Shown here one piece after another: positions 1 through 9,818 of a stretch of 64,000 bases of DNA. The position numbers and the translations under genes were made by a program. Source of the stretch: Spirochaetes bacterium ADurb.Bin133. Lineage in GTDB: Bacteria; Spirochaetota; GWE2-31-10; MWDO01. How positions within the stretch are numbered: the first letter of the stretch is position 1; the number at the start of each line of letters is the position of its first letter. The stretch covers positions 24,886 through 88,885 of the forward strand of contig MWDO01000001.1 in NCBI GenBank assembly GCA_002070605.1, given 5' to 3'. The notes under the pieces were generated by a model. That model did no database searches and had not been told where the DNA came from. It was given only the letters and a program-made list of their open reading frames with translations.

Positions 1-1011
1 ATCTTTTTTTATTATGCCATCATATTTAATACTGTATGATATTGGGATTGCCGGTACATTTGTAGAAAATGATGAAATTGATGGATGCATCCTTCCCGTT
101 ATAGTAAAAAATCCATTCTTAATTATTTCTCTTGCTTCTGAAGCTAACAAATGATCTTTAATGTAAATTATTCTGTCAGATTTAATATAATCAGAAATTA
201 CATTTATAATATTTAAATCACTTTCCGATAAAGGCTTACACACATGTGGGAATAAAACAATTTTGCAATCGTGAATATTTTGTAAGTTTAATAAATTATT
301 TATTAAAAGTTTCCAATTTTCTAAATATAATTCTTTATACTTACAATATTGTTTCCATGAACCGGATGGTATTATTGTTATGTATTTCTTTTTAATTTTA
401 TATTTACTTAAAACATATTTTTTATTTTCTTCGTTAGGAAGTTCTAAAAATGCCAAATCACTGCTAACAATAAAATTACTAATTTTTAACTCATTAATTA
501 GGTACTCTTTGTTTTTTGAATCTCTTAACGTTATATAACAGTTTTGAAAACATCTTTTCGCGCAATTTTTTCTCCAAGAGTAAAACGGACCTATAGTTTG
601 ACCTATTAGATAAACATTTGTAAATTTACTTAATTTTCTAATTATTAATAAATCTGTTATTATTGTCCACTTTTTATAATACTCGCTTAAGCCATCGCCG
701 CCCAAAAAAACTATTTTATCAAATTTTTCATTTTTTATTTGATTTATATGATTTAAAAGTTTGTTTTTAACTCCTATAATTTTATCAATTAAATTTTTTG
801 ATTTTATGCTTTTATTAAATTCAAATCTATTGATTTTTATCTCCGAGGGTAATTCGCTTTTTAGTCTAAATAGATCGTCTTCAGAATTTAGCGTTATGTA
901 ATAAGACAGATTACTATCCTTTTTATGGGTATAATAAACAAAATTAATTAACAGCATGAAAGCGCCATAGTTATAAGTATTCTCACCCTGTAATATCAAT
1001 ACTTTGGTCAT
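1..1011 (-). CDS. Polysaccharide pyruvyl transferase family protein, 5' part; the gene continues beyond the window start
   Basis: My own reverse-strand translation from the ATG at 1009-1011 shows no stops through to position 1. It contains the motifs LIGQTIGP and ITGRMHPSI, typical of the CsaB/WcaK pyruvyl-transferase family. The ATGA start overlaps the stop of the downstream ORF. It is not in the ORF track because it runs off the edge. Confidence 0.5.
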   Translation of the reverse strand, partial: MTKVLILQGENTYNYGAFMLLINFVYYTHKKDSNLSYYITLNSEDDLFRLKSELPSEIKINRFEFNKSIKSKNLIDKIIGVKNKLLNHINQIKNEKFDKIVFLGGDGLSEYYKKWTIITDLLIIRKLSKFTNVYLIGQTIGPFYSWRKNCAKRCFQNCYITLRDSKNKEYLINELKISNFIVSSDLAFLELPNEENKKYVLSKYKIKKKYITIIPSGSWKQYCKYKELYLENWKLLINNLLNLQNIHDCKIVLFPHVCKPLSESDLNIINVISDYIKSDRIIYIKDHLLASEAREIIKNGFFTITGRMHPSISSFSTNVPAIPISYSIKYDGIIKKD

Positions 1012-1490
1012 TTTAACATCCTTTTTAGCATTTTTTTTAGTTTATTTAATAAATATGCTGATTTTTTAATTTTTAAAAATTTATTTTCAACATATTCATA
1101 GCCATATTTAAAATAATTTCTAAAAAATAGTTTTCTTTTTCGTATTTCATAGTTTTTATATTTTCCGGAAATTATTCTTGGATTACCTTTAACAATTTCA
1201 TTAAAATATGTTGGCTTAACAAATAAACGATATTTAACTCTGTTAAAAATTGAATTTCCTTTTATTGAATATTTAAATACTTCCTTAATTATTTTTAAGT
1301 CTATATGAAATGTTTTTTCTTTTAAAAAAATTATAAATAAGATTGTTATAATAACATAATAAAAATTGTAACCTACAACCCCCCCATATATACTAAAATA
1401 TTTAACAAAAAAATATGTTAATACTATTGAAATTACGCCTCTCCAGAAAACATCAATCATCAAATGCTTGTGCTTTACTAACACTCTCAA
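1008..1490 (-). CDS. Hypothetical small membrane protein of the glycan locus
   Basis: 160 aa with two N-terminal hydrophobic helices and a Lys-rich tail. It is translationally coupled to the neighbouring genes. It contains a G7/C7 homopolymer at 1379-1385 inside the coding sequence. Confidence 0.4.
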   Translation of the reverse strand: MRVLVKHKHLMIDVFWRGVISIVLTYFFVKYFSIYGGVVGYNFYYVIITILFIIFLKEKTFHIDLKIIKEVFKYSIKGNSIFNRVKYRLFVKPTYFNEIVKGNPRIISGKYKNYEIRKRKLFFRNYFKYGYEYVENKFLKIKKSAYLLNKLKKMLKRMLK

Positions 1491-1519
1491 TCCTTACTTT
1501 TTCATCTTGAAATTAGCTA

Positions 1520-2548
1520 TTAACTTACTATCTTGGGCGCTTTTATTTTTAAAAAAATATCATCTTTTACTACTCTTTTAGATTGAACCGCTTTCCTTTT
1601 CCTTATTACCAATTTTATATTTTTAATAAACGTATAATGTCCAAAAAAAAATGTTGATATTATAAAAATATTTTTTCGTTGAATAGCCTGTTTGAGAGTT
1701 TTCAAAAAAGCAAAACCGCTAAAGCATAGTAAAGAAAAACATAAATTTTTAAATTTATAATTGACGAATATATTTGATAAGTGCGAGTATATCATATTTT
1801 TCCATTTAAAAATAAACACATCATCAGACTTACTATTATTTACGCCCAAATGAATATTCGATGATTCTGAAAATAAATAATTTTTATAACCATATAGGAT
1901 AGCCTTAATTCCTATGTCAGTATCATCGCCGCTGTAAATTAAATCATTATCATATCCTCCAATTTGTCCCCATAAATCTATATGAAAAAATAAGTTTGCG
2001 CCATGAGGAAATCCAATTTCAATCCCATTTAACTTTTTTAAATCTTCATTATTAATTTTTTTATTATAATTGATAAAAGTACTGCAAAAAAATCCGCCAT
2101 AATATCCCGATTTCGAGTATTCTTTTTCTACTAATGAAATGCTTACAAAACCCGGATTATTTAATTTCCTATAAAAATTTAACAACTTTTTTATCAAACT
2201 TGCATCTTCAATAAGCGCATCATTATCTAATAACAATATATATTCTCCGGTTGCTTTACTAATAGCAAAATTACAGGCAAAATTTTTCTCTTTAAATCTT
2301 GGACTTTGCAACAATCTAATGTTATTAAATGAACGAATATATTCTATACTTCCATCTGAAGATCCATTATCAACTACTATGACTTCTAGGTTATTGTAGT
2401 CTAATTTCATAATTCCCGGTAGCGTTGTTTCCAAATATTTTTTCCCGTTAAAATTAAGTACAACAATAGAAACTTTTGTATTCTTCAATATTTGCTCCCA
2501 TAATAATAATTTGTCCTGGTCAAGCATTTTTGTAACACTTTTTTCCAA
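1520..2548 (-). CDS. Family 2 glycosyltransferase
   Basis: VVLNFNGKKYL...VVDNGSSDGS plus a DxD motif (LLDNDA), which is the GT2 (GT-A) signature. Confidence 0.8.
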   Translation of the reverse strand: MEKSVTKMLDQDKLLLWEQILKNTKVSIVVLNFNGKKYLETTLPGIMKLDYNNLEVIVVDNGSSDGSIEYIRSFNNIRLLQSPRFKEKNFACNFAISKATGEYILLLDNDALIEDASLIKKLLNFYRKLNNPGFVSISLVEKEYSKSGYYGGFFCSTFINYNKKINNEDLKKLNGIEIGFPHGANLFFHIDLWGQIGGYDNDLIYSGDDTDIGIKAILYGYKNYLFSESSNIHLGVNNSKSDDVFIFKWKNMIYSHLSNIFVNYKFKNLCFSLLCFSGFAFLKTLKQAIQRKNIFIISTFFFGHYTFIKNIKLVIRKRKAVQSKRVVKDDIFLKIKAPKIVS

Positions 2549-2650
2549 GAATATCTATTAAAATTCTCTTTTCTCGCTTTACGCAAAAAAGCCAATACCT
2601 ACCAATAGCGCCTGAATTAGTAGCATAAGGAAATGTTATTGTTCGAATTT

Positions 2651-3510
2651 TCATGCTTTTACCTTCTTTTTCATCAAGTATTCAACCACGCCTATATCTA
2701 AATCTTTTTCTGATACAGTGTTAAGTTTAATTTTTTTCCTTGGAATATCCAAATTATATCTCCACAGTTTTTGATCCAACAATTCAAAATAATTACTAAA
2801 AAGTTGAATCCAATCGCTATGTCGAAGCCTGTTTGTATAACTTACACCTTCTTTAACTAAATATTTTTCCCAAACTTTATTTGAATATTTATAAAATAAA
2901 AATGGAGAATCGAAATTATAATGATCTCTCAAATCAATACGGCTAAAAACCAGACCTCCTTCATTCAAACAATTATACACCCCCAATATTGTCCCTTCAT
3001 AATTTTTAATATGTTCAAACACGCTTATACTTATAACTAAATCCGCCTTACAATTTAAATTTATATTACTTATATCGCCGGAAATATACTCAATTTTATC
3101 TTCTAAAAAATTTAGCCGGTCGTCTGTCTGTCTGTCTGTAAGCAAAATATTTTATCTTTATTTTTTTCTCTAAAATATGATAATTCTTCTTGAAAAAATA
3201 ATTTCTGTTTTTTATTTGTATAATTTCGCGGAAATTTATCTAATAGAATTACTTTTCTAGCTCCTGCTTGTAAAAAATTATATGCGTTTATATAAGAGTT
3301 TCCAGATCCCAATTCCATTACTACTTTATCTTTAATATCAAAATTTTGCCTACTCAAAAGTTCTTTTATATTGGGAAAGTAACTATCAATTATTTGACAA
3401 TTACTTGTATACCTTTTCCAAAAAAACAATCGATTTAATCTCATTTTTACATATAAAAATCTTATGATAAAATCAAATTTGATCAATATTAAATTAATTA
3501 ATTTTTTCAT
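2651..3510 (-). pseudogene. Class I SAM-dependent methyltransferase split into two ORFs (3112..3510 N-terminal, 2651..3145 C-terminal) at a tetranucleotide repeat; candidate phase-variable gene, currently out of frame
   Basis: The N-terminal ORF carries motif I (MELGSGNSY...ARKVILLD). The C-terminal ORF carries the post-I methyltransferase core (DLVISISVFEHI...LNEGGLVF). Both ORFs read through the same (CAGA)4 tract, translated as QTDRQT. Adding one repeat unit fuses them in frame. Confidence 0.7.
3123..3139. repeat. (TCTG)4 tetranucleotide simple-sequence repeat at the methyltransferase frameshift point
   Basis: Read directly: cgTCTGTCTGTCTGTCTGta. The only tetranucleotide microsatellite I found in the window. 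Confidence 0.9.
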
Positions 3511-4561
3511 TCAAACTCCTCCTATATAATTTATCCAATTCAACCGTATACTCATCTAACGAATACTTCTTAACATTCTCTTTTCCCGCTTCTACAAGCC
3601 GTTTTCTCAACTTTTCATCATTGTATAAGCGAGTTATCTTGTTTGCCAAATCATTTATATTCTTTGCTTCAAACATTAAACAATCAACTTGATCATTTAT
3701 AACTTCGTTTAATCCGGGAACATTAGATGCAATTACCGGAACGCCCATTGCTTGAGCTTCTAATTGAGTTAATCCCATTGGCTCAAAATGAGAAGGTATC
3801 ACAAAACAATCCAAACTATTATAAAATGATACCATATCCCTTACATTACCAAGGTATATAATGTTTGGATTATTATCTTTAGATATAAGATCATTTAATT
3901 TATTTGAGTCATTTCCATCTCCGGCAATTTTAAAAAAAATATTAGCATTGTTTTTAGCTATCAACATAGCGACATTATAAAAATCTAACCATCCTTTTCT
4001 AATTTCTAATCTGGCTGCGAATCCAACAGTAAACGTTTTCTTGCTTTCTAATTTTTCACAAATTTTTTTTTCCATGCTAAATAAAGTAATTGGATTATAA
4101 ATGATAGATATTTTATTTTTTGGTATTTTTGCATAGTTAATAAGCAATTTTTCTGTTGCTTTAGAAATAGAAATAAAAAAACTTACAAATTTATTAGAAA
4201 ATTTCAGAAATAAATTATAACTTTTTTTATTCAAGAAAATTTCTCCATGTTCATGAAATATAAGAAATAGTTTATTATTTAAAAAAATCTTTATAATTAA
4301 ACTCAATAGTTGAGATTTAAATAAGTGACAATGAATTATTTCTATTTGATTTCTTTTGATTATTTTTGAAATTTCAAATACAGATAATAAATTAAACTTT
4401 CCTCGACTTTTGGGAAATATAACATTATTTATTTGAATAATATTTGGTATTTTATTATTCAACCCTAAAAAAATATCATCGCTTCGTTTAGTTTGTATTC
4501 CTGCGATTATTCTTTGAGCGCCGCCGATACCATTATGATCAAAAATATGTAATACGTTCAT
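3494..4561 (-). CDS. Family 4 (GT-B) glycosyltransferase
   Basis: C-terminal EPMGLTQLEAQAMGVPVIASNVPGLNEVI, the GT4 EX7E-type motif. Confidence 0.8.
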   Translation of the reverse strand: MNVLHIFDHNGIGGAQRIIAGIQTKRSDDIFLGLNNKIPNIIQINNVIFPKSRGKFNLLSVFEISKIIKRNQIEIIHCHLFKSQLLSLIIKIFLNNKLFLIFHEHGEIFLNKKSYNLFLKFSNKFVSFFISISKATEKLLINYAKIPKNKISIIYNPITLFSMEKKICEKLESKKTFTVGFAARLEIRKGWLDFYNVAMLIAKNNANIFFKIAGDGNDSNKLNDLISKDNNPNIIYLGNVRDMVSFYNSLDCFVIPSHFEPMGLTQLEAQAMGVPVIASNVPGLNEVINDQVDCLMFEAKNINDLANKITRLYNDEKLRKRLVEAGKENVKKYSLDEYTVELDKLYRRSLNEKIN

Positions 4562-4637
4562 TTTCTACAACTTCCCCGAAAATTCTAAAATAAAGGCAAA
4601 AGCGCTTCGTTGTTTAACTGGCGAATTATACAATTCA

Positions 4638-6077
4638 TTATCTTTCACAATGTCCCTTCCATCCTTTAGAAGCTGCAAAATTTAAATTTAGATTTTTCCA
4701 ATCAATATTTGAATTAACTATAATCTCGTCATGGTTAAATTGGGTTAATTTAAAATATTTTTCTTTAAAACCTTCTCTGATTTTAGGAATTTTTATAAAG
4801 TTAAATCCCATTATATAACTTGCAACATAATCCACGGCAACAGGATGAAATCCTCCAATAAGAACTCCGCATTTCTTGGGGTAACCATCCATTGGTCCCT
4901 CTTTATCCATACCGATAATTCCGTCAATTATTGTCATATATTTCCTTTGCTGCGTTTCTTTCATTTCCCCATTTTTATTAGCAAAAAAGATAATATTATT
5001 CAAATCAAGAATTGTACGCCATATTGTATCGTTCCCATACCAATTTCCCTCCATAGTAGTTCCGCCATAAATAGCCCCATGTTCTTTTATTGTTTTACCC
5101 TTAAGGAAAATAATCCGAAATAGTTTTTTTAAAAGCGTATTGAAAAAATTTGGCATATACAGTTTACTATAATAATTTACGCGCCATTTTATAAATTCTT
5201 TTAGATTAAATTTCTCATATTCGTCAACTCCTCTTCGATGATGAGCAATCCATGATTTATCGCCATTTATACCGATAAGATTTTTCAAAGAAAGTGTAAC
5301 GCCTGCCTTTCTATGAGTTTTTAATTTTGGAACATTTATAAACAAATCAGCGTCAAGAATTGTTTTCGGAATTAGATATTCGTTTTTTTCATAGTTATGG
5401 CGCTTAGATACAGTTCCAATACCGTAATTGGTTATTTCAAGTTTTCTATAATCTTTAATTATTTCCTGTATATAACTCTTTTTTTTTAAGTCCACAGCCA
5501 AATAGCCTTTTGGATCTTGCGCCTTTTTTATTCTTTTATAATGGTGACCTTCCTTGTTTGATATTGCTATTTCATATCTTAAATCAAGTAAATTTATTTT
5601 AATTTTTTTTGAATCATAATACTTTACTAAATCTTTAAGTCCGTTTTGCTCTATCAAATTATCCCAATCAGCGTTTTGTAAAGGAACGTCGCAAATAGTA
5701 ATTAAACAATTATTATCTGTCGCTTTTAGCGCATAATCAATTACTGGTCTAATAATTGAGGCATGAGCGACCATAGATAAAATCCCCTCTAATCCAAATG
5801 GATGATTGTCAAAGACTAAATTGGGTTTTATAACTACATTATCGCCTTTTTCTACAATATTTTTTAATGGATTCCAGAATTTTGTATTATAATTTTCTTT
5901 ATCTAGACCTAGATTAAATAACAAGTTTCTTATTAGCGGATATATATTATTTAAGGTATCAGTCTCATATTCTAATTCTTCTAATTCAAATTCCGGATAA
6001 ATTTCAGGAGGATTAAACGGAGCTTTTGGATATTCTAAAGTTTCTGATTTTATTAACGATACTAATTTTTGATCCAA
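4638..6077 (-). CDS. DUF362 domain protein
   Basis: The C-terminal IIDGIIGMDKEGPMDGYPKKCGVLIGGFHPVAVDYVASYIMGF matches the DUF362 signature. It sits in the glycan locus. Confidence 0.5.
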   Translation of the reverse strand: MDQKLVSLIKSETLEYPKAPFNPPEIYPEFELEELEYETDTLNNIYPLIRNLLFNLGLDKENYNTKFWNPLKNIVEKGDNVVIKPNLVFDNHPFGLEGILSMVAHASIIRPVIDYALKATDNNCLITICDVPLQNADWDNLIEQNGLKDLVKYYDSKKIKINLLDLRYEIAISNKEGHHYKRIKKAQDPKGYLAVDLKKKSYIQEIIKDYRKLEITNYGIGTVSKRHNYEKNEYLIPKTILDADLFINVPKLKTHRKAGVTLSLKNLIGINGDKSWIAHHRRGVDEYEKFNLKEFIKWRVNYYSKLYMPNFFNTLLKKLFRIIFLKGKTIKEHGAIYGGTTMEGNWYGNDTIWRTILDLNNIIFFANKNGEMKETQQRKYMTIIDGIIGMDKEGPMDGYPKKCGVLIGGFHPVAVDYVASYIMGFNFIKIPKIREGFKEKYFKLTQFNHDEIIVNSNIDWKNLNLNFAASKGWKGHCER

Positions 6078-6078
6078 A

Positions 6079-7371
6079 TTAAACCTCGCTCCTTACATAT
6101 TCATACTTGCCGTTTTTCAACGGATCAATCTGATTTACTATATTCCATTTAATAAAGCAATCAGAATCTCCAAATTCAAGTTTAATCGACTTTTCAATAT
6201 TTTTCTTCTCTTTATCAAACCGATCTAAATTTTTTATAACTACATTAATCTCTAGATAATCAATTTTTTTTTGAATAACTTGAAATTTTGAAATTCCTGA
6301 GTCATTATGAACAACTCCGATAAAATGAATAAAAAATTCAGCCGGAATTATTTTGTTTAAATTAGTTCTAATTGCTGACATTTCTCTTCCTTCAACATTA
6401 GAAAAGGCTAATCCATCTGATGATAGTTTGCCGATATCTCCTATATCATATCTAATGAAAGGCATTGAGTAGTTATTTAACGCAGTTACATATATTTTGT
6501 TATCAATTACTTCTATGTAATGGTTCCAAAGAGATAATTTTAACTCCCCTGTTCCGCATGCCATATCTCCAACTTCGCGAGAGCCATACCTATTATATAC
6601 TTTGCATTTAAAAACCTCTTCGATTTTTTCTCTCATTTCAGGAAACAAAGTGCCTGCCGATGTAAGTATGCCATTTTTTGGCGAATGTATTTTCAGATTA
6701 TTATTTTCAATAAACTTTGCAAACTCAAATATTGATTGAACATAGCTTTCTACCCAGCATGGTTTATATTTATTCCACTTTTTTACATATTCAAGCATAT
6801 CTTTTTCTGACATTTTAAAAGTGTTAAACTCTTTTCTGTTATATAACCAATTTCTAAGCCGAATTGAGAGTTTTTCTCTGCCTTCAAGCAGATCTCTTTC
6901 AGATCCCCAAAATCGTAATTCCTTCATCCCCGGCTGTTGACCGGCCTTTAACTTGACATAAATCTTATTAGCAATATTCCAGTCGCTATAGTACTTATCC
7001 TGTAAAAATCTAACCGGTTCTCCCGTTGAACCGCCTGAAGTATTCTCATAAACGCCTTTTCTTTTTTCTTTAGAGTAAAGATTTGTTCCCTCTTGTCTCA
7101 TTATATCTTTTGTTAAAAAAGGTAGTTTTTTGAAATTATCAAGTTCGACTTTTCCGTTTTTTATTATGTCGCTATCATCAAATACCTTTTTGTAGTATGG
7201 TACATTTTTATATGCGTATTGTAATATATCAACAATTTTTTCTCTTTGATACTTTTTTATATCATTCTCGCTATATTTCGAAATTTTAATAATCTCTTTT
7301 ATGTTCCTATGAATATCAGAGCCTGATAAATTTAACATAGCATATATAATAGGTTTTCGCCAGTTTATCAA
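6079..7371 (-). CDS. CapK / phenylacetate-CoA ligase-like adenylate-forming enzyme (F390 synthetase family)
   Basis: YENTSGGSTGEPVRF AMP-binding P-loop. About 430 aa, typical of CapK-type capsule proteins. Confidence 0.7.
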   Translation of the reverse strand: MINWRKPIIYAMLNLSGSDIHRNIKEIIKISKYSENDIKKYQREKIVDILQYAYKNVPYYKKVFDDSDIIKNGKVELDNFKKLPFLTKDIMRQEGTNLYSKEKRKGVYENTSGGSTGEPVRFLQDKYYSDWNIANKIYVKLKAGQQPGMKELRFWGSERDLLEGREKLSIRLRNWLYNRKEFNTFKMSEKDMLEYVKKWNKYKPCWVESYVQSIFEFAKFIENNNLKIHSPKNGILTSAGTLFPEMREKIEEVFKCKVYNRYGSREVGDMACGTGELKLSLWNHYIEVIDNKIYVTALNNYSMPFIRYDIGDIGKLSSDGLAFSNVEGREMSAIRTNLNKIIPAEFFIHFIGVVHNDSGISKFQVIQKKIDYLEINVVIKNLDRFDKEKKNIEKSIKLEFGDSDCFIKWNIVNQIDPLKNGKYEYVRSEV

Positions 7372-8507
7372 TTTTTAACGCCTCCGTATGTTTCTATGTA
7401 TTTTTCGGCGCATTTCTTCCAACTCATCGTTTCAGCTTTAAGTCTACTATTATAACCCATTTTGGTTAATAAGTCTCTGTTATTATACAACAAATTAAGA
7501 CTATCTGTTATTGCCTTTTTTGATTCTTTTTGAATAATTATTCCATTTGATTCGTCAATTAGTTCTTTTGTTCCGCCCGTATCGGTTGCAAGTATAGCAA
7601 GTCCTGACGCCATAGCTTCTAATAATGCGTTGCTCATCCCTTCGTTTAGAGAGGGTAAGCAAAAAACATCGGAACTCTGATAATGTTTAGGAAGATTATC
7701 ATGATTTATCTTCCCAAGAAACTCTATTTTATCCTTTTCGCCGTTTTCACTTACAAGACTAATCAATTCTTCCTTTTGATTTCCATCTCCTATTACTATT
7801 AGTTTAACGTCATTTTTTCCTTTTGCAAATTCAATAAATCCGTCTATGAGATATTGAATTCCCTTTCTTTTAATCAATCTGGAAGTCGATATTACTGTAA
7901 AAATATTGCTCTCAATAACTCGAGGCTTAAATTCTTCTATATCTACGCCGTTATAAATAACTGAAATTATTTGATCGGGAGCAGTCTGTAAAGCCAGATT
8001 TTTCAAACCTTCCGAGTTTGTTATTACCGCATTTGATTTTTTCCATATCTTTATACTAAGTTTTTTAAAAAGTAATACATCTAAAAGTTTAAATCTTTTA
8101 TTATAAAAAGGTACATCGCTACCTCTTAGCGACACAATATAAGGCATTCCTAATTTCATTGCTATATAACCGCATGGAATGCCAAAAAAGGCATGAACAA
8201 GATCATATTTGTTGTTTTTCTTAAGATTTTTGCAAAAACTAAGGGCTTTAAAACTATAGGTTAATAAGTCTTTGTTCGATTGATAATGTATATTATCTTT
8301 TTTTCCAATATCTAAAAAATAAATTTTAATTTTATTAGAAAAAGATTCTTCGCGATAAGTATTTGTAGAGGATGTTACGAAGTCAACGGATATATTATCA
8401 TTTTTTGATAATTCTTTTAATATATATTTTGTAGCGTTAGCCGCCCCTCCCCCCAACGGCGGAAACTCGTAGTTTAGCATGAGTATTTTTAGTTTTTTAT
8501 TAGTCAT
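7368..8507 (-). CDS. Family 4 glycosyltransferase
   Basis: EGMSNALLEAMASGLAILATDTGGTKELI, a GT4 motif. Confidence 0.8.
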   Translation of the reverse strand: MTNKKLKILMLNYEFPPLGGGAANATKYILKELSKNDNISVDFVTSSTNTYREESFSNKIKIYFLDIGKKDNIHYQSNKDLLTYSFKALSFCKNLKKNNKYDLVHAFFGIPCGYIAMKLGMPYIVSLRGSDVPFYNKRFKLLDVLLFKKLSIKIWKKSNAVITNSEGLKNLALQTAPDQIISVIYNGVDIEEFKPRVIESNIFTVISTSRLIKRKGIQYLIDGFIEFAKGKNDVKLIVIGDGNQKEELISLVSENGEKDKIEFLGKINHDNLPKHYQSSDVFCLPSLNEGMSNALLEAMASGLAILATDTGGTKELIDESNGIIIQKESKKAITDSLNLLYNNRDLLTKMGYNSRLKAETMSWKKCAEKYIETYGGVKN

Positions 8508-8650
8508 AATGTTTGCCTAAATTTAATAATAATGGGTCAGATATAGTATCTGAAGAGTTATAAATAGTTTCAGGGTCTATATCTATACAGTTATAAGATA
8601 ATATTAGCGCGCTTTTCGATTTTATTCAAGGTTTTTTGTTTATTTCCGTA

Positions 8651-8700
8651 ACCCGTCGATTTTTTGGGGAAACAAATTGACACATATGCGTCGAATTTAT
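8651..8700 (+). repeat. Solo left end of the MITE-like CATATG repeat family
   Basis: cccgtcgattttttggggaaacaaattgacacatatgcgtcgaattt matches the left terminal repeat of the full 21775-22012 element. Confidence 0.6.
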
Positions 8701-8732
8701 TTCCTTCCCCCCAAAATACCGACGGAGATCTT

Positions 8733-9662
8733 TCAATTCTCCACAATCTCCTTGACGCTGTACGACGAGTCGTTTGTCGTTTCGTAATAGCTTTTTGACA
8801 GCATATCGGCGATAAGTCCCGAAGTAAACAGTTGTATGCCGGTTAATCCCAGGAATACGGTCAAAATAGGCCACGCCGAGTCGGACATACTGACTCCTCG
8901 AAAGAATTGTACTACGGTAGCGCAGCCGGATAAGGCTCCAAGGAGTATAAAAAATATACCGATACCGCCGAGCAGATGAAGCGGTCTGACCGCGTATTTA
9001 TTCCAAAACCAGACGGATATCATATCGATAAAGCCTTTTACCGTTCTTTTCCAGTTGTATTTGGTCTTTCCCGCGGTCCTAGGGCGGTGATTAACCTCGA
9101 TTTCTCCGACCCTAAACCCTTTTATTTCAAGGATCGCGGGTATAAATCTGTGCATCTCGCCGTATAAACTTATAGACTCAAAGCACTCCTTTTTATAAAT
9201 TTTTAGAGAACAGCCGCTGTCGTGTATTCCGTCGTTAATAATTATTTTTCGTAAAAAATTCGCGCCGCGCGACGTAAACTTTTTGATTATAGTATCTTTT
9301 CTTCGTCTTCTCCAGCCCGACACTACGTCCAGATCGTTTGATTCTAGATGTTTGATAAGATTAGGAATATCGTTCGGATCGTTTTGTCTGTCTCCGTCTA
9401 TCGTAACTATATATTTATACTTTGCCTCTTTTATTCCGGCGTCCATCGCGGCGGTTTGACCGAAGTTTCTCCTAAGACGAATATATTTTATCGGAGAGAG
9501 ATTCTTCGCTATCTGATAAGTTCCGTCTGTCGAACCGTCGTCGACAAATATTATTTCATAAGTATATCTATTAGCTTCGCAGGTCTCCTTTATTTCTCTA
9601 TGAAGTTCAGCGACGTTGTCTTTTTCGTTAAAAATTGGCGCTACTATCGATATTTCCGGCAT
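8733..9662 (-). CDS. GT2 polyprenyl-phosphate sugar transferase (GtrB/ArnC/DPM1-like) with C-terminal TM helices
   Basis: ISIVAPIFNE...FVDDGSTDGT...DGDRQNDP, followed by two C-terminal hydrophobic helices. Confidence 0.8.
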   Translation of the reverse strand: MPEISIVAPIFNEKDNVAELHREIKETCEANRYTYEIIFVDDGSTDGTYQIAKNLSPIKYIRLRRNFGQTAAMDAGIKEAKYKYIVTIDGDRQNDPNDIPNLIKHLESNDLDVVSGWRRRRKDTIIKKFTSRGANFLRKIIINDGIHDSGCSLKIYKKECFESISLYGEMHRFIPAILEIKGFRVGEIEVNHRPRTAGKTKYNWKRTVKGFIDMISVWFWNKYAVRPLHLLGGIGIFFILLGALSGCATVVQFFRGVSMSDSAWPILTVFLGLTGIQLFTSGLIADMLSKSYYETTNDSSYSVKEIVEN

Positions 9663-9818
9663 ATTTTATCCTGTAAATTTTCTAAAATTATCGTAAATAT
9701 AGCGCATAACGGTAAAATAATCAAAATTTTTAAATACGGATTACTAAATAATAAAAAAATAACTTTGCGTTTTTTGTTTTTTTATATATAATTAAGAAAA
9801 AATTTTTGGAGCTTATTT

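Noticed and set aside
8626-8874. 82-aa minus-strand ORF
   Set aside because: It overlaps the 3' end of the GtrB-like GT2 gene and the solo repeat end, and has no features of a real protein. Likely spurious.
9348-9791. 147-aa plus-strand ORF (and similar antisense ORFs at 4845..5123, 10106..10327, 10224..10541, 14805..15236, 15726..16447, 22722..23504, 33308..37679, 40343..40975 and others)
   Set aside because: All lie antisense to or inside well-supported genes. They have low-complexity, hydrophobic composition typical of AT-rich antisense frames.
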